A stretch of 64,000 bases of DNA from Candidatus Anderseniibacteriota bacterium (GTDB lineage Bacteria; Patescibacteriota; Andersenbacteria; UBA10190), in contig JBBDOX010000010.1 of NCBI GenBank assembly GCA_040876835.1, positions 8,230 through 72,229 of the forward strand, in the 5' to 3' direction. Numbering within the stretch: the first letter of the stretch is position 1; the number at the start of each line of letters is the position of its first letter. Shown one piece after another: positions 1-11,208 of the stretch. The position numbers were made by a program, and so were the translations under genes. Under the pieces are notes generated by a model that did not search any database, was not told the DNA's origin, and worked only from the letters and a program-made list of their open reading frames with translations.

Positions 1-137
1 CTGCATATGTGGTCCTTTTAGGTATTAAAGACTTCTATTTGTTGTACGCCAAATGGCTGGAGAAACGCAAATATAGTCATACACAACGCATCAGCTCCAA
101 ATTTCTTCGGAGCTGATGGGAGGGAGAGTTTATAGGG

Positions 138-1301
138 TTATTCCTGAGTTTCGGGCTCTGCTGGTTTCTCAGCTTCTTCGGCAAGTGTCGGTACTGTACT
201 TTCTTCGACTGCCTCTTTTTGCTGAGTCTGTTCCTGAGCTGCTGCTTCCGAACCAGCTTTTACGATATCAATACGCCATCCGGACAGTTTGGCTGCCAGA
301 CGAACATTTTGACCTCGTTTGCCGATTGCCAAACTTAGCTGGTCTTCGTCTACATGTGCCAAGGCTCGTTTCTCGTCTTCAAAGATATCAACTGCTACAA
401 CTCGGGCAGGCGACAGAGAGTTGGCGATGTAGTGAGCAGGATCTTCATCCCATTGAATTACATCAATTTTCTCACCGGAAAGTTCGGCAATGATTGTTTG
501 AATACGTGTGCCACGCTGGCCAATACACGCACCAACAGGATCTATGCCTTCTTCTTTAGCCCAGACGGAAATCTTTGAGCGCTCACCCGCTTCCCGGGCG
601 ATGCCCTTAATTTCTACACTGCCGGCGAAAATCTCCGGCACTTCCAGCTCAAAGAGGCGGCGTAGCATCCCCGGGTGGCTGCGGGAGAGGACAATTTCAG
701 GTCCGCGACTGGAAAGTTCAACCTTTACTACGTACACGCGAATACGCTGATTGAGACGGTAGCGCTCACCACGCACTTGTTCGCTTGGGAACAAGATGCC
801 AGTGGTACGACCAATATCAACGAAGGTCACATCGTTTTCGATTCGTTGTACGATACCAGAGATAATTTCTCCTTCTTTATCTTTATACTCTTCAAATACA
901 GCCTCACGTTCTGCCTCACGAATACGCTGGATAATAACCTGTTTGGCAGTTTGGGCTGCAACGCGGCCATAGTGAGGATCAGTTGGAGTCACTTCCTCTA
1001 CATATTCTTTACCTACTTCAGCTTCGGGATCAGTTTTTTTAGCTTCTTCAAGAAGAACCTGTGCGGCTGGATTTTCCAGATCTTCTTCGGTAGCCATCAC
1101 TGTCGTAACTTTAAAAATGCGAGCCGCCCCATCTTCTTCATTAAATTCAGCCCGAATATCCTGACCACGCTGCCCATAGTCTTTGCGGTAGGCAGCTGCT
1201 AAGGCTGCTTCAATTGTTTCAAGCACTTTTTCTTTGCTGATTCCTTTTTCGGCAACAATCTGGTCGATCGCCAAACCGAATGATCCTTGTTCTTCTGCCA
1301 T
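138..1301 (-). CDS. nusA: transcription termination/antitermination factor NusA
   Basis: 387-aa ORF. The translation shows the NusA N-domain followed by S1 and tandem KH-like segments (..GIAREAGERSKISVWAKEEGIDPVGACIGQRGTRIQ..). No SD upstream. Confidence 0.9.
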   Translation of the reverse strand: MAEEQGSFGLAIDQIVAEKGISKEKVLETIEAALAAAYRKDYGQRGQDIRAEFNEEDGAARIFKVTTVMATEEDLENPAAQVLLEEAKKTDPEAEVGKEYVEEVTPTDPHYGRVAAQTAKQVIIQRIREAEREAVFEEYKDKEGEIISGIVQRIENDVTFVDIGRTTGILFPSEQVRGERYRLNQRIRVYVVKVELSSRGPEIVLSRSHPGMLRRLFELEVPEIFAGSVEIKGIAREAGERSKISVWAKEEGIDPVGACIGQRGTRIQTIIAELSGEKIDVIQWDEDPAHYIANSLSPARVVAVDIFEDEKRALAHVDEDQLSLAIGKRGQNVRLAAKLSGWRIDIVKAGSEAAAQEQTQQKEAVEESTVPTLAEEAEKPAEPETQE

Positions 1302-1442
1302 AGTAGTATGAGGTTGAATACTGAGTTGTTATGAGAATTCCGCGGCCTGGCCGCGGAATCTGATGCCTTCACTATAGGCTATCTGGGGGATTTCTGTCAA
1401 TTATATACCCGAGAGCAGCCGGAAAGCCCATGGTCCGGTTTT

Positions 1443-4169
1443 TTATTTAGAACTTGCAGCTCTAGGCACGGGAAGCCATGCAGGAGGTGTTTCTGGTTGC
1501 CGTATAACCAGCTTGCGCAGGTCAATGATGAAGATTGTAAGGGCTGCCATGGCTAGGATAACTCCCCAATCAGTGAGAGCTAGGGGAACGGTATGGAAGA
1601 AGGAGCGTAAGGCGGGGAGGTAAACAGCGAGCAAGTGAAGACTAAAGGAGAATGCCGCTGAAACAAATATCCATTTGTTGTTCCAAAACGTCTGGTGGAA
1701 CATCATGAATCGTAGTGACTTGAAACTCCAGACTGATAGCAAGGAGGCAACAGAAAGGAACGTAAACGCCATTGTACGGGCATACGCAAGGTCAGTATTC
1801 ATATATTGAAGTAGATACCAAAATAGACTCATAGTACCGACAGTCATAACAAGGCCGGAGAAAATAATATGGGACACTAGTGTTTTACTCAGGAGAGAGA
1901 TCTGAGGATCCTCAGGCTGGCGCTTCATAACGTCGTCCTCAGCCGGTTCCAGCGAAAGAGCAATATCTGAGGTACCGTCGGTAACCAGATTGATCCAAAG
2001 AATCTGTGTGGGTAAAAGAGGAAGGGGAAGACCAGTTAAGACGCTGACAAAGAAAATAGCTACCTCTGCTGCATTAGTGGCCAGGAGGAAGACAATCACC
2101 TTGCGGATATTATCGCGAATTACCCGACCCTCCTTAATTGCTGCTACAATAGTTGAAAAGCTATTATCAAGTAGCACTAAGTCGGCTGAATCCTTGGCGA
2201 TATCAGTACCGCTCCCCATAGCCACCCCAATATCAGCACTCTTAAGAGCAACGGCGTCGTTGACTCCGTCCCCTGTCATGGCTACCACGTGTCCCTGCTC
2301 CTGTAGAATTCGAATGATGCGTCGTTTATCTAATGGTTCTATGCGGGAAAAAATCGTAGTAGTACTCATATCTCGCGCCAACTCATCGTCTTTCATTTCC
2401 TGAAGTTTTAATCCTCCGATTGAAGTATCTTCGTTGGCAATAAGGCCTGCAGCTCGAGCCACAGCTTTGGCAGTTCCTAGATGATCCCCTGTAATGAGCT
2501 TAATCTGCACACCTGCCGATAACGTTTCCTTTATAGAGCTAGCCACGTCTTCTCGAATGGGATCCTCAATAGTAAGTACTCCCAGCAAGGTGAGGTCATG
2601 AATATCGTTGTGAGTGAGCTCTGTTTGCGTAAGATGTCTACGAACGGCGACAGCAATAAGCCGATAGCCTTGGCCGGCGAGGTGATTAATATTCTGTTCC
2701 AGGCTATGCCGGTGGGCAGAGGTACACCTTTCTACTTCATTTTGTGCATTCAAAGCCTGAGAGCTCCTTGATAGTAATACGTCAGGAGCTCCGGTGACGA
2801 AAAGCGTTTGAGTGCTCTGAGTGGGGTGATCGACCAGCGCAGCCCTATATTTCCATTCAGAGCCGAATGCTATTGCGTCACGTTTGCGCCAGCTCGTGCG
2901 CACTTCTTCCGAGTTAAGTCCAAGCTGTTCAGTAAAGAGAAGAGCGGTTCGCTCGGTGGCGGATCCAATGTATTCCTGTTCCCCGTGATTTGTCGAAGCC
3001 TTGTGAGCATCATTAGCTAAAAGCAGACCCTGCAGTGCTAGAATATGCATTGTTTCCTGCGGGGAATGTCCCATCGTAAGAGAATCGCCTTGTAGGAAGT
3101 GCAAAGCTATCGGCTTCATCTTTCCCTCAGTTAAGGTTCCCGTTTTATCAGTACAGATTACCGTAGCCGCCCCAAGTGTCTCTCCAGAACTAAGTTTACG
3201 CACCACTCCACCTTTGCGTAGGATGCGGGCTACCCCAACTGTGAGGGCGATCGTTAAAATCATAGTCAAATCTTCTGGAATGGCACTAACCATCAAAGTG
3301 ATGGCTGTGCGTCCCGCCTCTGCTATGGGGCTGCCCTGCCGTATCTCAATAATTGTAAGCAGAATTACTGCTGCAATAATGAGCCAGCCAATTTGAATAC
3401 CTTTTTTTTGCAGCTTCTTACGCAATGGAGAATCTGGTGATCGCTGCTCACGTAAGACTTGAGCAATTTTTCCAAATTCAGTGCGCGTCCCCGTGTGAGT
3501 AACAACAGCCTCCCCTGTTCCGCTGATGATAATCGTGCCCGCAAGCAGCATATTTGCTCGGTTGCTGAGAGGGGTTTTAGTAGAGATAGGATGAGTATGC
3601 TTTTCAACATCGCCCGACTCTCCAGTTAGAGCAGCCTCCTGGGCACGGACTCCCTGAGCTTTAATGAGGCGGGCGTCAGCCGGTACCCGTTCCCCCGCTC
3701 GAAATTCAATGATGTCTCCAGGAACAAGCTCAGCGGAGGATACTGAAGATGACCTTCCATTACGACGAACGGTAATAGTATCCTCGATTCTCTGACGCAT
3801 GCGGGCAAGAGTTTGTTCCGTCCGCCACACCTGAACAAAGCTCAGCGAAACATCAATCAGAATAGCGATAGCGATAATGATTACATCCTCAGTGTGGCCA
3901 ATCAGAAAAGATACTACGGCCGCCGCCACAAGTAGCAAGACCAAGACATCACGGAAGCGCTCAAGAAACATCCACAGCAAACGATGCTTACGGGCTTTTG
4001 GCAGTTCGTTTCTGCCCAGCTGTTCCGTGCGCTTTTTAACTTCTCTAGTAGAAAGCCCCTGGTCAGCTCGAACACTCAAAGCGTTAAGAACATCGGCACG
4101 CTTCATCCGATACGGCTGAAACGATTCCTGACTAGGGAAGGACTTAATCATCTTCCTATTGTACAGCAT
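1443..4169 (-). CDS. P-type cation-transporting ATPase (Ca2+/Mg2+-type)
   Basis: 908 aa. Phosphorylation motif ICTDKTGTLT, hinge motif TGDGVNDAVAL, about 10 predicted TM helices. The N-terminal residues may belong to an upstream alternative start. Confidence 0.85.
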   Translation of the reverse strand: MLYNRKMIKSFPSQESFQPYRMKRADVLNALSVRADQGLSTREVKKRTEQLGRNELPKARKHRLLWMFLERFRDVLVLLLVAAAVVSFLIGHTEDVIIIAIAILIDVSLSFVQVWRTEQTLARMRQRIEDTITVRRNGRSSSVSSAELVPGDIIEFRAGERVPADARLIKAQGVRAQEAALTGESGDVEKHTHPISTKTPLSNRANMLLAGTIIISGTGEAVVTHTGTRTEFGKIAQVLREQRSPDSPLRKKLQKKGIQIGWLIIAAVILLTIIEIRQGSPIAEAGRTAITLMVSAIPEDLTMILTIALTVGVARILRKGGVVRKLSSGETLGAATVICTDKTGTLTEGKMKPIALHFLQGDSLTMGHSPQETMHILALQGLLLANDAHKASTNHGEQEYIGSATERTALLFTEQLGLNSEEVRTSWRKRDAIAFGSEWKYRAALVDHPTQSTQTLFVTGAPDVLLSRSSQALNAQNEVERCTSAHRHSLEQNINHLAGQGYRLIAVAVRRHLTQTELTHNDIHDLTLLGVLTIEDPIREDVASSIKETLSAGVQIKLITGDHLGTAKAVARAAGLIANEDTSIGGLKLQEMKDDELARDMSTTTIFSRIEPLDKRRIIRILQEQGHVVAMTGDGVNDAVALKSADIGVAMGSGTDIAKDSADLVLLDNSFSTIVAAIKEGRVIRDNIRKVIVFLLATNAAEVAIFFVSVLTGLPLPLLPTQILWINLVTDGTSDIALSLEPAEDDVMKRQPEDPQISLLSKTLVSHIIFSGLVMTVGTMSLFWYLLQYMNTDLAYARTMAFTFLSVASLLSVWSFKSLRFMMFHQTFWNNKWIFVSAAFSFSLHLLAVYLPALRSFFHTVPLALTDWGVILAMAALTIFIIDLRKLVIRQPETPPAWLPVPRAASSK

Positions 4170-4205
4170 CTGTCTCTGAAACTGCGAGGCGGAACAGTCT
4201 CTACG

Positions 4206-5459
4206 TTACCGTCGTCCCTCTAGTTGAAACCTAGTGTGAGACATAGTGTGTGCAACTATAAGGAGCAGAATGAGAAAAAAAGTCTGTGTGTAATAAAAGT
4301 GATCAAGCAAAAGAAGGGGTAAAAGAGGAGCCATAAAAAGCAGAGCACTTCTATGTCGGGCGATGAACCAGGACAAGATGATAAGAATAAGTGCACCCCC
4401 TAATATGAGTCCATGCTCACTCAGAAGCAGGAATGGAACAGAGTGGACAGGAGCTATTTGCCAAGACATATACGATTCATCATGCGAGTCCAGATACTCC
4501 TTAAGAGCAGATCTATACTGACCAGGACCCACTCCCCAAAATGGATGTTCACGTATAATGTTCAATGACCACACTAGTCCAAGAGAACGATCCGAGACTG
4601 CTTTGTCTTCAGAGTCAGAAATCCGACTGACGAAAAGGGGAGAAAATACCAAGGCTATCGCAAGAAATGCTACAACAATACTGCCTAGAATTTTTTGCAG
4701 AACTTCCCGTGTTTGCCTGAGGGTTGCTGTAATGACTAACCACAGAAAGAGACCTAGAATTCCAGCCCGGGAAAAGCTTACAGCAACGGCTAATGCAAAC
4801 ATCATGATAAGCGAGAGGCCCGTAGCTGAGGTTAGTGAAACGTCCTTTGATCCGCGTACGTGGGAGAGCAGCCAGGGTACGAGGATCAGTCCGGACAAAG
4901 CCGCCCCGCTATATGGATTTGCATGAGGGTAGGGACCATACCCTCTGATCAACTTCCCATCACTATAAGAAGAGGCAAATTTCGCTACTCCTGGAAGAGC
5001 GGAGGTGAGCTGAGATTCTCCCAGATGCTGAAAATTAAAATCGTGTTGAACTATAAATTGTCCCACCCCCCACTGTGCGAAAATACTAAGGACTCCTATG
5101 AGTGTAGTCACGAGAATAATCCGCTGAGTCGGCACAAGGTTAATAAACAGGACGCCAAAGGCAATTACTTCGGTGGCGTGGAGGAGAAAGGCAGATGTGC
5201 CATGTCCGGCAATGCTCAGTAACAGAAAGAATAAAATTCCAAGGACAACAACCCGAACACTCCAGTTGCTCATGTCTCTTCCGATAGTCTTGAGTCGAGC
5301 ACCAAAAATAAACACCAGAACGAGCAGCAGTAGCCAGCCCAAGTCGTTCCATAATCGACTGACAGGCAGAAAAAACGGCAACGTTGTATTCTGAAGTGGA
5401 AGCAATCCAAGCGCAGCGACAAGGGAGAACAGAAGTAGTGGGGAGAGAGTAATCATCAC
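4206..5459 (-). CDS. O-antigen ligase / Wzy_C-family polytopic membrane protein
   Basis: 417 aa with at least 10 hydrophobic helices. Motifs EHPFWGVGPGQY and HSVPFLLLSEHGLILG resemble the conserved periplasmic loop of the WaaL/Wzy_C family. Confidence 0.5.
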   Translation of the reverse strand: MMITLSPLLLFSLVAALGLLPLQNTTLPFFLPVSRLWNDLGWLLLLVLVFIFGARLKTIGRDMSNWSVRVVVLGILFFLLLSIAGHGTSAFLLHATEVIAFGVLFINLVPTQRIILVTTLIGVLSIFAQWGVGQFIVQHDFNFQHLGESQLTSALPGVAKFASSYSDGKLIRGYGPYPHANPYSGAALSGLILVPWLLSHVRGSKDVSLTSATGLSLIMMFALAVAVSFSRAGILGLFLWLVITATLRQTREVLQKILGSIVVAFLAIALVFSPLFVSRISDSEDKAVSDRSLGLVWSLNIIREHPFWGVGPGQYRSALKEYLDSHDESYMSWQIAPVHSVPFLLLSEHGLILGGALILIILSWFIARHRSALLFMAPLLPLLLLDHFYYTQTFFLILLLIVAHTMSHTRFQLEGRR

Positions 5460-5537
5460 TAAAAGTATTTCATATTCCTTGGCAAAGAACTATTGATTGG
5501 ATAGTAATCTTGAGGTATTTTATGGAAATCTTATTCA

Positions 5538-5610
5538 GGGCTCATAGCTCAGTTGGTAGAGCGTTCCCATGGCATGGGAGAGGCCGGGAGTTCGAATCTC
5601 CCTGAGTCCA
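5538..5610 (+). tRNA. tRNA-Ala (anticodon GGC)
   Basis: Hand-folded cloverleaf. Acceptor GGGCTCA/TGAGTCC with the G3:U70 alanine identity pair. Anticodon loop AT-GGC-AT. T-arm GGGAG-TTCGAAT-CTCCC. No encoded CCA. Confidence 0.85.
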
Positions 5611-5630
5611 CAATGGGGTATCGGTCTTTG

Positions 5631-5672
5631 TGAAAATAAAAACAGCTCGTGGATTACGAGCTGTTTTTATTA
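5631..5672. terminator. bidirectional rho-independent terminator (serves tRNA-Ala on + and rpsA on -)
   Basis: Perfect 10-bp stem AACAGCTCGT / ACGAGCTGTT with loop GGATT. A-tract on the 5' side and T-tract on the 3' side. Confidence 0.65.
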
Positions 5673-5686
5673 CCTTATACTTTTAC

Positions 5687-6841
5687 CTATTTTTCTTCCT
5701 CTGAGTCTTCTTTCTTTTTAGAGTCCTTCTTTTTGTTTGTTGCTCGTAGGCTTAGTCCCAAGCGATGTTCTTTGGGTTCAAGAGAGATGATAGTGAAGGT
5801 CTTCGTTTCTCCTGCAGTCAGCAATGATGTTGGATCCTTCTGAGCCTCTTCAGGAAGTTCAGAGATATGTACGAGGCCATGAATCTGATCATCTAGTTTG
5901 ATGAATCCTCCGAAAGGTGTCACCTTTAGCACTTCCCCTTCTACCTTCTCGCCTACTTTGTACGTATCAGTTACCTTCGTCCAAGGGTCTTCTTCAAGCT
6001 GCTTAATAGAAAGTGAGATTCTCAGGCCATCATCAACGCCAATTACTTTCGCTTTCACCTTCTGCCCTACCTGAACAAAATCTCCGGGGCTATCAATTCG
6101 CTGCCAGGCGAGTTCAGAGATATGAACAAGCCCTTCAAGTTCTTGTCCACTCTCCTCGAATTTTACGAAAGCACCGAAGTCGACAATTCCACTTACTACT
6201 CCCTCTACAATTTTACCTTCGCCAAGCTTATCAAGAGTAGAACTAATCTCGTCACTGACAGCACTTTTCTCGGACACAATAAGTTTCTCTTCTTCCTGAT
6301 CCAAGTTAATAACTTTTACAGTGAATTTTTGTCCCACGTAGCTCTTCAGCTTCTCAAGAATCTTATTCTTATCCCCACCCTCTACTCGTGGATAGTGATC
6401 AGGAGCTAATTGGGAAACAGGGAGAAAGCCGGTGACCCCGCTGACGCGAACCATTAAACCACCCTTATTGGCATCCATGATCTCCGTTTCAAAAGCAGTC
6501 TCCTGGGTGAGCTTATGTTTAAGTTCCTCCCAACTACGTTCTCGGGTAGCCGAACGCAGAGATAGCTCAACATAACCATCCTCATTATCTACTTCCTGGA
6601 CAGTCGCCTGAACAATATCGCCGATTTTTGCTGTTTCAAAAGTATCAATATCGTCAAATAGCTCTCGTCCATAAATTACTCCAACACCAAGCTGGCCAAT
6701 GTCGATATACATTGCATTGCTTGTTTTTTCGATAATAGTCCCCGTTAAAATTTCTCCACGTGTTGGTACATGGAGGAGATTCTCGTGCTTTTCCAGCAGG
6801 GTTTCCATAACCGCCTGCTTTTTAGTAGTTTTTGTTGCCAT
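5687..6841 (-). CDS. rpsA: 30S ribosomal protein S1 (short form with four S1 domains)
   Basis: 384 aa containing four recognisable S1/OB repeats (..GTIIEKTSNAMYIDIG.., ..GDIVQATVQEVD.., ..KVINLDQEE.., ..VEGEVLKVTPFGGFIKL..) and an acidic lysine-rich tail. Confidence 0.85.
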   Translation of the reverse strand: MATKTTKKQAVMETLLEKHENLLHVPTRGEILTGTIIEKTSNAMYIDIGQLGVGVIYGRELFDDIDTFETAKIGDIVQATVQEVDNEDGYVELSLRSATRERSWEELKHKLTQETAFETEIMDANKGGLMVRVSGVTGFLPVSQLAPDHYPRVEGGDKNKILEKLKSYVGQKFTVKVINLDQEEEKLIVSEKSAVSDEISSTLDKLGEGKIVEGVVSGIVDFGAFVKFEESGQELEGLVHISELAWQRIDSPGDFVQVGQKVKAKVIGVDDGLRISLSIKQLEEDPWTKVTDTYKVGEKVEGEVLKVTPFGGFIKLDDQIHGLVHISELPEEAQKDPTSLLTAGETKTFTIISLEPKEHRLGLSLRATNKKKDSKKKEDSEEEK

Positions 6842-6943
6842 GAGATTAGTACTGTTTGACTAGCCGTAGTGGGTAGGAAGCTCGGATGTCTCATCCCTCT
6901 ACATTATAAAGATAGCGGGCTAGTCAAGGTTAAGGGTTAAATA

Positions 6944-7720
6944 ATGCTTTATTCCAATAAGGGGAATACCGCGTCTCACGCTATCCAAGACGGAATGATG
7001 ATGCCATACAGAATGGTTAAAGTCAAAGATATGATTTTTCATCCAACAAAGGGCTTCCGCAAAGGGATATTCTCGTATAGTATATGTCCTATGCAGATCA
7101 CCTGGCATGGCCAATACACTATAAAGATTACTTCGAAGGACGCAATCGTAGTTCTGGATCCATATTCGCCTGATGTGGGACTTCCTCCTTTTCGTGCGAA
7201 GGCTGATATTGTTTCGTTGACTAATCCAAGCGATAGTTCAATGAGCCACCTTGGTGCGATCCAGGGAGACCCTCTTATTGTAAACACTCCAGGAGAATAC
7301 TCATTCCGAGGGCTCTCTATGAATGCTCAATCGTGGTACACCGAGGACGGTGTGGAGCGGAACATTCAGCTGTGGCAGATAGAAGGTATGACACTTGTGC
7401 ACCTAGGCGCTCTTAATAGAGAGCTTACCGATAAAGAGCTGCAGGATCTCGAGCGGACCGGTATTGATATTCTACTAATTTCTGTTGGTGGTCAGAGTGG
7501 TTTAAATACAGAACAGGCTTTGAGCTTCATTACAACACTTGAGCCACGCGTTGTTATCCCTATTCACTACAAGCTGCCAAAGCTAAAGGAAGCGTTGGAT
7601 CCGGTTGACCAGTTTGCCAAAGAGATGGGCGTAAGTTCGTCACAAAAGGAAAGTAAGGTGATACTGAAGGCAAGTAAATTGCCGCAGGAGGATATGGATA
7701 CTATTATTCTCGCCGCCTAA
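6944..7720 (+). CDS. MBL-fold metal-dependent hydrolase (UPF0173-like)
   Basis: The conserved MBL-fold core starts at MQITWHGQYTIKI (an internal ATG at 7091). The upstream ATG at 6944 would add a 49-aa extension, so the true start is uncertain. Confidence 0.55.
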   Translation: MLYSNKGNTASHAIQDGMMMPYRMVKVKDMIFHPTKGFRKGIFSYSICPMQITWHGQYTIKITSKDAIVVLDPYSPDVGLPPFRAKADIVSLTNPSDSSMSHLGAIQGDPLIVNTPGEYSFRGLSMNAQSWYTEDGVERNIQLWQIEGMTLVHLGALNRELTDKELQDLERTGIDILLISVGGQSGLNTEQALSFITTLEPRVVIPIHYKLPKLKEALDPVDQFAKEMGVSSSQKESKVILKASKLPQEDMDTIILAA

Positions 7721-7735
7721 AACCAGTATTTATAT

Positions 7736-8086
7736 ATGAAGAAGCGAATCCAAAGGAAAATCGAAGATCTTCGTGAGCAGCCAGAGCATATCCGGTTTCG
7801 TACCGCATCCTATATGACAATTATCGGGGGAGTCGTGATCGTGTTGATCTGGCTACTTATTCTTCTACCAATACAGCTGCGGCTTAATCGCGAAGAACCA
7901 GAAAATAATATAGTGACCGATAACACCCAATTAGACACTGCCACTTTCTTTCAGACGCCAACTCCGCAAGTTGGTGGGGCTCAAGACCTACAGTTTAATA
8001 CTGTACCAACACCGGAAAGTCCTTTACCTATTACCCCCTCCGCAACCCCCGAAGCATCTACGAACCCCTTACCTCTTAGCGAATAG
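7736..8086 (+). CDS. small single-TM membrane protein with a Pro/Thr-rich tail
   Basis: 116 aa. One hydrophobic helix ([18 protein letters not shown]) and a low-complexity PT-rich C-terminus. Immediately upstream of gyrA. No homology call possible. Confidence 0.35.
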   Translation: MKKRIQRKIEDLREQPEHIRFRTASYMTIIGGVVIVLIWLLILLPIQLRLNREEPENNIVTDNTQLDTATFFQTPTPQVGGAQDLQFNTVPTPESPLPITPSATPEASTNPLPLSE

Positions 8087-8094
8087 TCCACACT

Positions 8095-10596
8095 ATGGCC
8101 AAAAGACCCCCAGCTACTGAGACGCAAAGACCTGATCTAATTGGAAAACTTATTGATCAAGGTCTTTCTGACGAAATTCAGCGTAGCTATCTAGATTACG
8201 CCATGAGCGTTATCGTTTCTCGCGCACTACCAGATGTGCGAGACGGGATGAAGCCTGTTGCTCGCCGTATTTTGTATGTGATGTGGAGGCAGGGATTACG
8301 TTCCACTGCCAAGTTGCGCAAATCAGCGAACGTCGTCGGTGAAGTGCTGGGACGCTATCACCCGCACGGTGATCTAGCAGTCTATGACGCACTCGCACGT
8401 TTAGTCCAAGACTTCTCATTGCGCTATCCACTTATCGACGGACAGGGAAATTGGGGAAGCATTGACGGTGACTCTCCCGCAGCGATGCGATATACCGAAT
8501 CTCGTCTGGCAAAGATTGCTGATGAGATGCTATTTGATATTGAAAAGCAAACAGTTGATTTTACTGATAACTATGATGGAACTCGCCAAGAGCCAGTAGT
8601 ATTGCCCAGTCGTATCCCCCAGTTTTTATTGAATGGAACAGTGGGTATCGCTGTTGGTATGGCTACCAACGTTCCTCCGCATAACTTAACAGAGCTGTGC
8701 GAAGCATCGATACACCTTATTGAAAACCCCGACGCTACTGTTGAAGATTTGATGAAATTCGTAAAAGGACCGGACTTCCCAACCGGAGCCGCAATTTACA
8801 ATAAGCAGGAAATTCTTCAGGCATACGCGACCGGCAAAGGCAGCATTGTTATGCGAGCTCTGGCTGATATTGAAGAAGATGCTAGGGGCTCACATCGCAT
8901 TATTGTCCGCGAGATTCCGTATCTAGTAAATAAGGCTACGCTCATTACCAAGATTGCTGCTGGAGTAAAAGAGGGACGTTTAGAAGGAATTCGCGATTTA
9001 CGGGATGAGTCTGATAAAGATGGAATCCGCATACTGATTGAACTGAAGAAGGATGCCTATCCTAAAAAGGTTCTCAACCAGCTCTTCTCTGCCACCGATT
9101 TACAGAAGACGTTCCATGTCAATATGTTGGCATTAGTGGAACGTGGCCGTCAGCCTAAGGTATTAACCTTGAAAGAGGTTTTAAAGGAACATACGAATCA
9201 TCGTCAGGAAGTTATTCGTCGACGGACGCAGTTCGATCTCGACCGGGCTCTCGAACGGGCACATATATTAGAGGGACTAAAGAAAGCTCTTGATCATATC
9301 GATGAAATTATTGCCACGATAAAAAAGAGCCGCAACCGGGAAACTGCTCATGAGAACCTTCGTAAGGATTTTCGACTGTCTGATGCCCAGGCAACAGCGA
9401 TTTTAGAAATGCGATTGCAGACGCTGTCGGGTCTGGAGCGCAAAAAGGTAGAGGATGAATTAAAGGAGAAGAAGAAGCTCATTAAAGAGTTGGAAAGTAT
9501 TCTTGCTGATCCTAAAAAAGTACTGGGAATGATTAAAGATGATTATAAGTTAATGATTGATCAGTACGGAGATGAGCGACGTACTCGCGTATTTGCCCAA
9601 GCTGTTGGGGATTTTTCGCAGGAGGATTTAGTTCCTGATGATCCGACGTTGGTAACTATTACTCGTGGCGGTTACATAAAACGCTTGGCAGTGAGCACGT
9701 ACCAGGTCCAGAGACGTGGTGGTAAAGGCGTGCGTGGCATGACCACGAAAGAAGAGGATGTAGTCGATATCTTCTTGGCCACTACAACCCACAAGCAACT
9801 GCTCTTCTTTACTAACCTGGGACGGGTATTTTCAGCACGAGCCTATGAGATTCCAGCCACCGCGCGGGCTGCAAAGGGGCAGGCCGTACAGAACTTCCTG
9901 GAGATGGCCCCAAATGAAAAAGTAACGGCTATGCAGGCACTGCCAGCCAAAGAAGATGCTGGTGAGTATCTGGTAATGGCGACACGCAACGGTTTGATAA
10001 AGAAGACATCCCGGGAGGACTTCCTGAATATTCGCCGTAGCGGTTTAAAGGCTATTACAGTTAGAGAAGGAGATGCACTTGAGTGGGTGGCAGTATCTTC
10101 CGGCAAGGACGAAGTTATGCTAGTGACTAGAAATGGTCAGGCCGTGCGCTTCCCGGAAAAGGACGTACGCCCAATGGGTCGCACAGCTGCTGGTGTAATC
10201 GGGATGCGGCTTAAGAAGAGCGATGAGATTGTTGCTATGTATGTCTTTTCACCTACGGATGCCAAGAGTCTTGAAATAATGGTTGTAACCGAACAGGGGT
10301 ATGGCAAGCGCACTCCGGTTAAGGAGTATCGTACACAGAAGCGAGGCGGGTCTGGTATCAAGACTGCCAGCATTACGGCAAAAACGGGGGCTATTGTGAA
10401 TGCGGCTCTCATAAACATGGAAGAGTTGAAAGACACTGATCTGCTTATTATCTCCGAAAAAGGACAAGTTATTCGTATTGCAACCGACAGTATCAGCAAA
10501 CAGGGGCGAGCCACTCAAGGTGTTCGCGTGATGAAGGCATCGGATAAAAGCGGAAAAGTAGCGACCTTTACCACCTGGACCGAGGTAGACGAATAG
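8095..10596 (+). CDS. gyrA: DNA gyrase subunit A
   Basis: 833 aa. N-terminal breakage-reunion domain (..[26 protein letters not shown]..). GyrA-box QRRGGKG is present ([11 protein letters not shown]), which favours GyrA over ParC. Confidence 0.92.
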   Translation: MAKRPPATETQRPDLIGKLIDQGLSDEIQRSYLDYAMSVIVSRALPDVRDGMKPVARRILYVMWRQGLRSTAKLRKSANVVGEVLGRYHPHGDLAVYDALARLVQDFSLRYPLIDGQGNWGSIDGDSPAAMRYTESRLAKIADEMLFDIEKQTVDFTDNYDGTRQEPVVLPSRIPQFLLNGTVGIAVGMATNVPPHNLTELCEASIHLIENPDATVEDLMKFVKGPDFPTGAAIYNKQEILQAYATGKGSIVMRALADIEEDARGSHRIIVREIPYLVNKATLITKIAAGVKEGRLEGIRDLRDESDKDGIRILIELKKDAYPKKVLNQLFSATDLQKTFHVNMLALVERGRQPKVLTLKEVLKEHTNHRQEVIRRRTQFDLDRALERAHILEGLKKALDHIDEIIATIKKSRNRETAHENLRKDFRLSDAQATAILEMRLQTLSGLERKKVEDELKEKKKLIKELESILADPKKVLGMIKDDYKLMIDQYGDERRTRVFAQAVGDFSQEDLVPDDPTLVTITRGGYIKRLAVSTYQVQRRGGKGVRGMTTKEEDVVDIFLATTTHKQLLFFTNLGRVFSARAYEIPATARAAKGQAVQNFLEMAPNEKVTAMQALPAKEDAGEYLVMATRNGLIKKTSREDFLNIRRSGLKAITVREGDALEWVAVSSGKDEVMLVTRNGQAVRFPEKDVRPMGRTAAGVIGMRLKKSDEIVAMYVFSPTDAKSLEIMVVTEQGYGKRTPVKEYRTQKRGGSGIKTASITAKTGAIVNAALINMEELKDTDLLIISEKGQVIRIATDSISKQGRATQGVRVMKASDKSGKVATFTTWTEVDE

Positions 10597-10619
10597 TAGT
10601 ACCTGTCCTGTGGATAGGA

Positions 10620-11204
10620 ATGAGTTCAGCTGAAGGCGAGCTCTGTGGTATTCTATATCCCATGACAGAGGATCGATCCTTCATTCGACCAGAAGACTTG
10701 TGGCGTCAGCTGGGACTACGAGCAGAACAGGTGGTTGTTCACTTTGGAGTAGGCGCGGGATTCTATCTCCTGCCAGCTGCCCATATTGTTGGCAAGCACG
10801 GAAAAGCTATTGGCATCGATGTATTACCAGACATGCTGGCTGAAGCAGAGAGTCGTGCCAAGCGCGAGAACGTTGAAGGGATTGTACGTATCATGCGGGC
10901 AAACCTGGAAAACGAAAAAGGTAGTTCACTGCTGGACAACACCGCAGACTGGGTACTGCTGGCAAATATTATTTATCAGTCCGATCTTCCCAAGATCTTA
11001 AAGGAAGCAGCTCGAGTTGTTGCAGCTAATGGACACGTGGTGATAGTTGGATGGGATGTAGCGGCCAGCCCCTTTGGCCCACCGGTCGGTCAGCGAATCC
11101 CTGCTCAAACAATACAAGAAACTGCCGCCGTGGCGGGTCTTCATTTGACTAAACAGTTTGCCCCCAGCCCGTATCACTACGCTCTCGTGCTATCTAAGAG
11201 CTAA
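10620..11204 (+). CDS. class I SAM-dependent methyltransferase
   Basis: 194 aa. Motif I-like VVHFGVGAGFYLL, then an acidic residue after strand 2 (IGIDVLPDM). Confidence 0.6.
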   Translation: MSSAEGELCGILYPMTEDRSFIRPEDLWRQLGLRAEQVVVHFGVGAGFYLLPAAHIVGKHGKAIGIDVLPDMLAEAESRAKRENVEGIVRIMRANLENEKGSSLLDNTADWVLLANIIYQSDLPKILKEAARVVAANGHVVIVGWDVAASPFGPPVGQRIPAQTIQETAAVAGLHLTKQFAPSPYHYALVLSKS

Positions 11205-11208
11205 AGGT

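Noticed and set aside
675-1202. 175-aa and other plus-strand ORFs (116-493, 354-578, 508-750) overlapping nusA
   Set aside because: They are antisense or out of frame relative to the well-supported nusA, with no motifs.
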